A stretch of DNA of 64,000 nucleotides from an uncultured Pelagibacteraceae bacterium. GTDB lineage: Bacteria > Pseudomonadota > Alphaproteobacteria > Pelagibacterales > Pelagibacteraceae. The stretch spans positions 194 through 64,193 of the forward strand of contig CACLWW010000005.1 in the NCBI GenBank assembly GCA_902610755.1, given 5' to 3'. This document shows positions 56,633 through 64,000 of the stretch, piece by piece. How positions within the stretch are numbered: the stretch's first letter is position 1; each line of letters begins with the position of its first letter. The notes below the pieces were generated by a model. That model saw nothing but the letters and a program-made list of their open reading frames with translations. It was not told the DNA's origin and ran no database searches. Made by a program: the position numbers and the translations under genes.

Positions 56633-58033
56633 TTATTGTTTAAGAAAAATTTTAAGTTCTTTTAACCATCCAGATATTGATCCAGCACCCATCCCAATTA
56701 CAATTTCATTTCCTTTTAAATTGTTTTTGAAGAAATTTACAAGTTCTTGTTTTTGATTAACCATAATTACTAGCGTTTTTGAATTTTTTGATATATCTCT
56801 AGCAAATTTTTCATATTTAAATTTTAATTTGATTTTTTCACCTGCTTTAAAAACTGGGCATAGCAATACTTGGTCTGAATTTTTAAATGATTTACTAAAG
56901 TCAGCACTTAAATCATTTAGTCTTGAAATTCTGTGTGGTTGAAAAATAGATATAACTTTTTTGTTTGAATAGCTTTTTTTTACACCATTTAAAACTTCTT
57001 TAATTTCAGTCGGGTGATGAGCATAATCATCAAAAAAAGTTACACCATTAAAATCAAAAACTTTATTAAACCTTCTTTCGACACCTTGAAAATCTTTGAG
57101 GCTTTTTTTTATTAAACTTGTAGATATTCCTATATGAGAAGTTAATGCAAATGCTGCAGCCGCATTACTTATATTATGAAATCCAATCAAAGGAATTTCT
57201 ATATTTTTAATACTTACCTTTTTTTTATTTGGTGTCTTTATAATAAGATCAAAAATTGATCTATTTAATTTGTACTTTATATTTGAAATTCTAAAATTAG
57301 AACCTTTATTAACACCATAAGTAAAATAGTTTTTAACAAGATTTTTTTTAAGTAAACTTCTATTATTGACATCATCGATACACAAAAATGTTTTTCCAAA
57401 AGAAGGAACGTTTGAAATAAATTTTTCAAAATATTTTTTTAAATTATCCTCAGATTTATAAAAATCCATATGTTCTCTATCAATATTAGTAATAATAGAA
57501 TAGGTGAATGGAACTTTTATAAAACTACCGTCAGATTCATCAGACTCAAGCACACACCATTCACTCTTCCCTAGTTTAGCTGAGTTGTTAATTGAATTTA
57601 TCACACCTCCATTAATTATTGTAGGATCTAATTTTGCTTTTGAAAAAACACTTGCAATTAATGAAGTTGTAGTAGTTTTTCCATGAGAACCTGCCACAAC
57701 AATATTTTTTTTTAGTGAGGTCATGTGTGCAAGCATGTCTCCTCTTTTATAAATTGGTAAATCTTTTTTCTTAGCTGCGTGTAACTCAATATTATTATTT
57801 TTGATTGCTGAGGATATGACTACAATATTAGCTTTGTTTAGATTGGAAATTTTATGTTTTGTAAAAATTTTAATCTCACTTTTTTTTAATCTTTCTATAT
57901 TTTTATTTATTGAAATATCGCTTCCTTGTATCTTAAAACCAAGTTGTTTCATTATCAATGCCAATCCACTCATCCCAATACCTCCTATACCAATGAAATG
58001 GATTATTTCTTTTTTTCCAAGATTAATTTTCAT
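56633..58033 (-). CDS. murC: UDP-N-acetylmuramate--L-alanine ligase
   Basis: GIGGIGMSG, GSHGKTTT, ESDESD, DDYAHHPTE, FQPHR. Confidence 0.96.
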   Translation of the reverse strand: MKINLGKKEIIHFIGIGGIGMSGLALIMKQLGFKIQGSDISINKNIERLKKSEIKIFTKHKISNLNKANIVVISSAIKNNNIELHAAKKKDLPIYKRGDMLAHMTSLKKNIVVAGSHGKTTTTSLIASVFSKAKLDPTIINGGVINSINNSAKLGKSEWCVLESDESDGSFIKVPFTYSIITNIDREHMDFYKSEDNLKKYFEKFISNVPSFGKTFLCIDDVNNRSLLKKNLVKNYFTYGVNKGSNFRISNIKYKLNRSIFDLIIKTPNKKKVSIKNIEIPLIGFHNISNAAAAFALTSHIGISTSLIKKSLKDFQGVERRFNKVFDFNGVTFFDDYAHHPTEIKEVLNGVKKSYSNKKVISIFQPHRISRLNDLSADFSKSFKNSDQVLLCPVFKAGEKIKLKFKYEKFARDISKNSKTLVIMVNQKQELVNFFKNNLKGNEIVIGMGAGSISGWLKELKIFLKQ

Positions 58034-59087
58034 AAAGAATTTGTTCTATCATATTTAAGTTTTCAGACCATGATTCTTCAAAAATAAAACTGGTCATTTT
58101 TTCTATCTTATTATCTAATATTTTTTTGTTCTGAATATTTTCAATATAAAACTGATAGAAATAGTTTTCAAAAATTTCATGTTCATTAATAAGCCAACCA
58201 AAATTTTTATCTACATAAAACTTTGCATTAAAATATTGATGATCATCCTTTGAAAATGGAAAAGGAATTGCTAAAAAAGGAATCTTTAAAGAAACTAGTT
58301 CTGATAAAGTAGATGCTCCCGCACGAGTAATTGCAAAATCACATAGCGACATAGTTTCAATAATATTATCTTCAAAAGTAAAAACTTTATTTGTAATACT
58401 ATTTTCTTGATAAAAATTTTTCAGATATTCTTGGTTAGATTTGCTTGTTTGATGATATATAGTAAGGTTTATCATCTTTGAGATTTTTAAGATATCCTTA
58501 AGAAAAATAGTGTCTAATTTTTTTGCTGTTTGACTTCCTCCAATAATTAAAACTTTAAAATCCTCATTAGTTGATAAAGATTTTTTTTGTTTCAAAAATT
58601 CTTTTCGAACTATAGGTTTGATTATTTTAAGTTTATATAAAAATTTTGGTGGTAAATTTTTTAAATTTGCTTCATACGCAAATATTTTTTTGCAAAATCT
58701 TAACAATAATAAATTTGACCTTCCAATTACTAAATTTGGCTCGAATAGAAATATTTTAATATTCAAAATTCTTGCTGCAAGGCAGTGCGGAATACTCATA
58801 TATCCACCTGTAGATAGAAGCAACTTTGGATTTTCCTTTTTAAGAAAAAATAAGGATTTTAAAAATGAAGCAACTAAAAAAAAAGGAAATATCAAAATAC
58901 TAAAATTTTTTTTAAATTGCGGAATGTGAATTTCATTTACATTGTAATTTTCTTTTTCAATGAAATTTAGACCTCTTTTATCAGAAATTATCTTTACATT
59001 AAATTTTTCTTTAAAATAATCATAAAATACCTTAGCTGGTATAACATGCCCTCCTGTCCCGCCAGTGCTTATTATCATAGAGCTCAT
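58023..59087 (-). CDS. murG: Lipid II GlcNAc transferase
   Basis: GGTGGHV, TGGY, GGSQ, RAGAST, HQYFNA. Confidence 0.93.
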   Translation of the reverse strand: MSSMIISTGGTGGHVIPAKVFYDYFKEKFNVKIISDKRGLNFIEKENYNVNEIHIPQFKKNFSILIFPFFLVASFLKSLFFLKKENPKLLLSTGGYMSIPHCLAARILNIKIFLFEPNLVIGRSNLLLLRFCKKIFAYEANLKNLPPKFLYKLKIIKPIVRKEFLKQKKSLSTNEDFKVLIIGGSQTAKKLDTIFLKDILKISKMINLTIYHQTSKSNQEYLKNFYQENSITNKVFTFEDNIIETMSLCDFAITRAGASTLSELVSLKIPFLAIPFPFSKDDHQYFNAKFYVDKNFGWLINEHEIFENYFYQFYIENIQNKKILDNKIEKMTSFIFEESWSENLNMIEQILYEN

Positions 59088-60190
59088 TTATTTATTTTTC
59101 TTTTTGTTAGATTTAAAATTATTCCTATTAATATTGAGGAACCGATTATAGAGGAACCTCCATAACTAAGAAATGGCAAAGTCATTCCTGTTGTAGGTAA
59201 AAATCTAATATTTACTCCAATATGAACTAAAACTTGAAAAAGAATTAACATTACAGAACCTACAAGTATTAATTTAAAACATTCGTCTTCTATAGATGAT
59301 ACTTTTTTGAAAACTCTAAAAATAAGACATAAAAATATTAAAATAATTCCTATTATTGATATTATTCCGAATTCCTCGGCTATTACGGCAATAACGTAAT
59401 CTGTGTGAGCCTCTGGCACTCTAACATTCAGAGTACCCTCTCCAATACCTTTTCCAAAAAAACCCCCATTCATAATTGCTTCTGACGCTCTCTCAGACTG
59501 ATAATTTCCTTTTGAGGTTACATCAAAAAATGATTCGATCCTAAATTTTATATAATTCAATTTTGGGATAAAATTAATCATCAGAAACAGAGTGCTTAAA
59601 CCAATTAATATAAATAGTATTAAAAATATAAGATTTATTCCTGAAACAAATATGAGACTTAACCAAAGACATAATAATAATAATGTTTGACCAATATCTG
59701 GCTGCAAGAATAATAAAAGGATAATTGGGATGATTGCAATCAAACTAAGAAGATATCTTGCATACTTATTAGAATATTTTTCAGATGTTAGTATCATTGA
59801 TAGTACGATTATTAAAAATGGTTTAAGGATTTCGATTGGCTGAAACCTTGGAAAAAAGAATATATCTATCCATCTTTTAGAACCCTTAACCTCTACACCA
59901 AAAATTGGTACTAAAATTAGCGTACAAAATATTATTACGAAAGACACTAATGATAATTTATAAAAAGTTTTTTCTTCAAGTAAGGAAAAAAAGAAAATTG
60001 TGAATATTCCTAGCAAAGTGTAAATAAATTGTTTAAAAAAAAAATAATAACTTGTTGTCTCAAGTTTGGTAGATGCAATTAGAGAAGTTGAAACAAGTGA
60101 AAAGAAAATACCTAAAGAAATTAATAAGATTATTAAAAAAAATATAAATTTATCTATATCTTTCCACCAATTATATAACGAAAAATTCAT
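59084..60190 (-). CDS. ftsW: Peptidoglycan glycosyltransferase FtsW
   Basis: GSKRW, QPDIG, PEAHTDY, GMTLPFLSYGGSS. Confidence 0.93.
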   Translation of the reverse strand: MNFSLYNWWKDIDKFIFFLIILLISLGIFFSLVSTSLIASTKLETTSYYFFFKQFIYTLLGIFTIFFFSLLEEKTFYKLSLVSFVIIFCTLILVPIFGVEVKGSKRWIDIFFFPRFQPIEILKPFLIIVLSMILTSEKYSNKYARYLLSLIAIIPIILLLFLQPDIGQTLLLLCLWLSLIFVSGINLIFLILFILIGLSTLFLMINFIPKLNYIKFRIESFFDVTSKGNYQSERASEAIMNGGFFGKGIGEGTLNVRVPEAHTDYVIAVIAEEFGIISIIGIILIFLCLIFRVFKKVSSIEDECFKLILVGSVMLILFQVLVHIGVNIRFLPTTGMTLPFLSYGGSSIIGSSILIGIILNLTKRKINK

Positions 60191-60193
60191 ATC

Positions 60194-61501
60194 TTATTTT
60201 TTCCTGTTAATACCAATTTTTCTTAATTGAGAATTAAAATATCTTCCTCTTTCCTCAAAATTTTTGAAGTTGTCAAAAGAAGCTGAAGCGGGACTAAAAA
60301 GAATAATTTTTTCCTCTAGTTTTTGTTCCTTTTTGAGGTCAATTTTAATTTTCCCTATTGCAGAAATTATATTTTTAAATTTTTGATAATGAACTTTATC
60401 CTTAAGACTTTTTGCAAAAAAATTAGAATTTTTTCCAAATATATATGCTCTTAAATTTAAACAATCTTTTTTACTTAAAGTAAATTTATCTCCTTTTTTG
60501 GGTAATCCTCCTAAAATCCAGAAAGTTTTCTTCTTGGAGTCTATTAGTTCTTGTGTTGACGAAAATGAGGTCGATTTTGAATCATTAATTACCTTGATCT
60601 TTTTATTATTTATCACAATTTCATTTCTAAATCTTAAAGCCTTAAATCTATTTAAAGTAGGTATAATCTTTTTCAAATTAATTTTTAAAAAATTGCAAAT
60701 ATTAAAAATAAAGACAAGATTTTTTTGATTAACACTATTGTTTAGGTAATTATTTTTAATTAATTTTCGAAACTTCAAATAAATTTTTTCATCAACTCTT
60801 AAAACTTTTGAATTAATTTTTTTTTTATTTAATAATTTATCGATAATTTTATTTTTATTTTCTATAAAAGCATAAGACCTTTTATTCTGCATTAAAATAA
60901 GTTTAATTTTACTTTTAACGTAATTTTTAAAATTGCCGTGTCTTTCTAGATGATCGATTGAAACATTTAAAATTGCTGCTAAGTTGGTTTTATAGTATTT
61001 ACTATATTCGATTTGATAAGAGGAAGCCTCAACAATAAATAATGTTTTTTTGGAAAAATGATAATTTGATAAAATCGATTTTCCAATATTGCCTACTAAT
61101 TTTGTATGAATTCCTTGAGATTTAAGAACTTGATATAAAAGTTTGCAAGTTGTTGATTTTCCATTTGTTCCTGTGATTGTGATAAAAAAATTTTCTGGAA
61201 AATTTTTATAAAACACATCCAAATCAGAGATAATCTTTTCTTTATTTTTTATTATCTCATTCGATAATAAACATTTTCTATAATTTACCCCAGGACTTAA
61301 TAAAATAAAGTCAAAATTGCTAACTTTATCACTTTCTCTTATAAACTTTTTATTATAGGGAAGATTTGTTAAAGGTAAATTATCGTCAAACACTTTTAAA
61401 TTATTTTTTTTTTTCAAAAAGTTAAAGGCTGATTTGCCAGTTTTACCATATCCATAAATTAGAATTTTTTTATTCTGAAAGAATACCTTTGTAGATTTCA
61501 T
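60194..61501 (-). CDS. murD: UDP-MurNAc-L-Ala--D-glutamate ligase
   Basis: SPG, ITGTNGKSTT, EASSYQ, DHLERH, NDSKST, SPASASFD..FEERG. Confidence 0.94.
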   Translation of the reverse strand: MKSTKVFFQNKKILIYGYGKTGKSAFNFLKKKNNLKVFDDNLPLTNLPYNKKFIRESDKVSNFDFILLSPGVNYRKCLLSNEIIKNKEKIISDLDVFYKNFPENFFITITGTNGKSTTCKLLYQVLKSQGIHTKLVGNIGKSILSNYHFSKKTLFIVEASSYQIEYSKYYKTNLAAILNVSIDHLERHGNFKNYVKSKIKLILMQNKRSYAFIENKNKIIDKLLNKKKINSKVLRVDEKIYLKFRKLIKNNYLNNSVNQKNLVFIFNICNFLKINLKKIIPTLNRFKALRFRNEIVINNKKIKVINDSKSTSFSSTQELIDSKKKTFWILGGLPKKGDKFTLSKKDCLNLRAYIFGKNSNFFAKSLKDKVHYQKFKNIISAIGKIKIDLKKEQKLEEKIILFSPASASFDNFKNFEERGRYFNSQLRKIGINRKK

Positions 61502-62583
61502 CTTAATTTTAAAGTGGCCAAACCAATCATCGCCAAAATAAGAGATATAATCCAGAATCTTATGACTATTGTAGACTCAGCCCAACCTTTTTTTTCAAAA
61601 TGGTGATGAATTGGTGCCATCATAAAAATTCTTTTACCTGTTAGTTTGTATGAAATAACTTGTACAATCACTGAAATTGCTTCAAATACAAAAAGTCCAC
61701 CGGTAATGGCTAACACTATTTCGTGCTTCGTTGTTACTCCAACCGCGCCTAAAGACCCACCTAAAGCCAATGAACCTGTATCTCCCATAAATATTTTTGC
61801 AGGTGGCGCGTTAAACCATAAAAAACCAATTGATGCTCCGATGATTGCTCCACAAAAAACTGCAACTTCTCCAACACCCTCGATGTAGGGAATCAATAAA
61901 TAGTCTGCAAAAATAATATTTCCTGACACATAACTTATAAAACCAAAACAGCCTGCAACAAGTATAACAGGAACGGTAGCTAATCCATCCAAACCGTCTG
62001 TTAGATTTACTGCATTAGAAGATCCAACAATAACAAACAAATAAAAAGGTACAAAAAACCACCCTAAATTAATTACTAGATTTTTAAAAAACGGGAAATA
62101 TAAATTAGTTTTAATATCAGAGTCTATAAATTTATAGAAAATAATTAATGAAACTAGACACAAAACAATTTGAATCAATATTTTTAGTTTTGAAGAAATC
62201 CCTCGCGAATTATTATTTTTAATTTTTTTATAATCATCAAATGCTCCTAGAATTCCAAAGGATAAAGTAATGAATATCAATAACCAATTATATGGATTTA
62301 ATAAATCGGCCCACAAAAAAACACCCGTAAATAAGCCTATTAATATTAAAACTCCACCCATGGTGGGTGTTCCAATTTTTTTAATTAAATGATCTTCGGG
62401 TCCATCAGAGCGAATGGGATTTGTAATTTGTTTAGATGAAAAAAAGTTTATAAACTTATCTCCAATTAAAAAAACTATGATCATTGCAGTAATCACAGCT
62501 AGTCCGGTTCTTACGGTTAAAAAATTAAAAAAATTTAGGAATGAAAATGTATCCGAATAGCTTATAAGTATATTATATAACAT
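61498..62583 (-). CDS. mraY: Phospho-N-acetylmuramoyl-pentapeptide transferase
   Basis: KIGTPTMGG, NAVNLTDGLDGLA, FMGDTGS, APIHHHFE. Confidence 0.97.
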   Translation of the reverse strand: MLYNILISYSDTFSFLNFFNFLTVRTGLAVITAMIIVFLIGDKFINFFSSKQITNPIRSDGPEDHLIKKIGTPTMGGVLILIGLFTGVFLWADLLNPYNWLLIFITLSFGILGAFDDYKKIKNNNSRGISSKLKILIQIVLCLVSLIIFYKFIDSDIKTNLYFPFFKNLVINLGWFFVPFYLFVIVGSSNAVNLTDGLDGLATVPVILVAGCFGFISYVSGNIIFADYLLIPYIEGVGEVAVFCGAIIGASIGFLWFNAPPAKIFMGDTGSLALGGSLGAVGVTTKHEIVLAITGGLFVFEAISVIVQVISYKLTGKRIFMMAPIHHHFEKKGWAESTIVIRFWIISLILAMIGLATLKLR

Positions 62584-62585
62584 TA

Positions 62586-64000
62586 TTATAAATTTTTTAT
62601 TATTTTGTTTAATCCAGTTGAGTTAGATCCTTTTATCATTAAAAAACTGTTATTAGGTAATTTTTTTTTTATAAAATTCAAAACCTCTAATTTGTTGTTT
62701 AATATTTTGCCTCTCATTTGTGGTTTTAATTTGTTAAATGTATGTTTTGTATAGTTGCCATAAACATAAGTTTTATTTATGTTAGATTTGTTGATATATT
62801 TCGCAATTTTGATATGAAGTTTTTTTGAAAATTTTCCTAATTCAAGCATATTGCCAATCAAGATAAATTTTTTTTTACTATCCTTATAGCTTTTGTCAAA
62901 TCTTTCTAATGCAAATTTAAATGAAAGGGGATTTGAATTATAACTTTCATCAATAATAGTTAAGTTTTTTTTTCTATTTTTATACTTTATTATAGTGCCT
63001 CTACTTTGAGAAATTTTGAAATTTAGAAATAAAGTTAAAGGTAATGCATCTATATTAAAATAATTAATAATAATACTCAGTGTGGATAAAATATTTTCTT
63101 TGAAATCTATTAAATAATTAGGAATTAGAAAAAATTTTATTTTCCCTTTTATTAAAAATTTACATAAAAATTTATTCTTATTTTTTCTTTCCCCTAGGTA
63201 AACAACATCAGCTAATTTATTTTTTTTACTAAAAGTAATAATACCTAAATTTCTCACTTTTGCTTTAGAAATAAAATAATTACAGTATTTATCGTCCTTA
63301 TTTATAATCATTACTCCCAAGGGAGAAATGTTTTTTATTATTTCACCCTTAGCTTTTGCAATTTCATCCAGATTCTTAAAATTCTTAATGTGAGCATATG
63401 AGATATTTGTAATTAAACCAATATTGGGTCTTATTAGTTTCGTTAAAGTATCTATTTCTCCTTTTTTATCCATTCCAACTTCTAAAACTGAGAACTTTGT
63501 CGATTGAGGTGAATTAATAAGACTTAAAGGCACACCGTATTTATTATTAAAGGAATTTTTTGAATAATATGTTTTATCTAATTTATTTAAACAAAATCCA
63601 GTTAAGTCTTTAACTGATGTTTTTCCAGCAGATCCGGTTATTGCAATATAATTGCTGTCCAGCGACTTTCTATAAATTGAGCTAAATTTATTTAGTTTCT
63701 CAAAAGGATTTTTACTAAATATATTTCTGGAATTTTTATATTTTTTATTTGTGATTGCTAAAATTGCGTTATTCTTAATCGCCTCAATTCCAAATTTATT
63801 TCCATCAAATTTTTGACCCTTCACCCCAAAAAATACTGAATTTTTTTTAACTTCTTTTGAGTTTAAAGACACTAAGTTAATTAGAGTTTTTTTATTTAAA
63901 ATTTTATTATTGAAAGTTTCAATTAAGATATTTGTTTTTAGTGAATTCGATAATGAATTATTCTTTTTTCTAATAGCTTTAATAATCTCTAATTTATCTG
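62586..64000 (-). CDS. murF: MurF domain of a probable MurE-MurF fusion; 5' end lies beyond the window
   Basis: ITGSAGKT, SFNN.YGVP, DESYNSNP, KGS; frame is open with no Met to the window edge, where it reads (S)DKLEIIKAI, like a MurE C-terminus. Confidence 0.85.
   Translation of the reverse strand, partial: DKLEIIKAIRKKNNSLSNSLKTNILIETFNNKILNKKTLINLVSLNSKEVKKNSVFFGVKGQKFDGNKFGIEAIKNNAILAITNKKYKNSRNIFSKNPFEKLNKFSSIYRKSLDSNYIAITGSAGKTSVKDLTGFCLNKLDKTYYSKNSFNNKYGVPLSLINSPQSTKFSVLEVGMDKKGEIDTLTKLIRPNIGLITNISYAHIKNFKNLDEIAKAKGEIIKNISPLGVMIINKDDKYCNYFISKAKVRNLGIITFSKKNKLADVVYLGERKNKNKFLCKFLIKGKIKFFLIPNYLIDFKENILSTLSIIINYFNIDALPLTLFLNFKISQSRGTIIKYKNRKKNLTIIDESYNSNPLSFKFALERFDKSYKDSKKKFILIGNMLELGKFSKKLHIKIAKYINKSNINKTYVYGNYTKHTFNKLKPQMRGKILNNKLEVLNFIKKKLPNNSFLMIKGSNSTGLNKIIKNL

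Overview
AT-rich (~30% GC by eye), tightly packed chromosomal window from a streamlined alphaproteobacterium, very probably Pelagibacterales (SAR11). This call rests on the tiny or overlapping intergenic spacers, a two-piece tmRNA, thyX, a riboswitch-led gcvTHP and a MurE-MurF fusion. The left third (1-24.6 kb) is metabolic and stress-related: tspO, a cluster matching the furan-fatty-acid genes ufaD/ufaO/ufaM + DUF3833 + SDR, gcvTHP with a tandem glycine riboswitch, 5-oxoprolinase pxpABC with a TRAP transporter, a small protein carrying malonyl-CoA-decarboxylase-like motifs, proC with a structured upstream element, TIGR03643-grxC, msrB, an HDAC-family protein and a D-amino acid dehydrogenase. 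The rest is core genome: mreBCD-mrdA-rodA, leuA-ilvC-ilvH-ilvI, miaA, degP, hflKC, mrp, thyX, tmRNA, fumC, uvrD, pepP, ligA, bamD, lpxC and the dcw cluster. mreD, mrdA and rodA are each broken by a +1 homopolymer indel, probably an assembly error. Main oddities: no ftsZ (and no recN) at the canonical dcw position; a half-length FtsA that keeps only its membrane-targeting tail; a 12-bp anti-RBS helix suggesting how the glycine riboswitch switches; and a lipid-antioxidant operon apparently appended to the glycine-controlled transcript. No CRISPR, IS element, prophage, rRNA or tRNA was seen. All calls come from motif recognition only; no searches were run.
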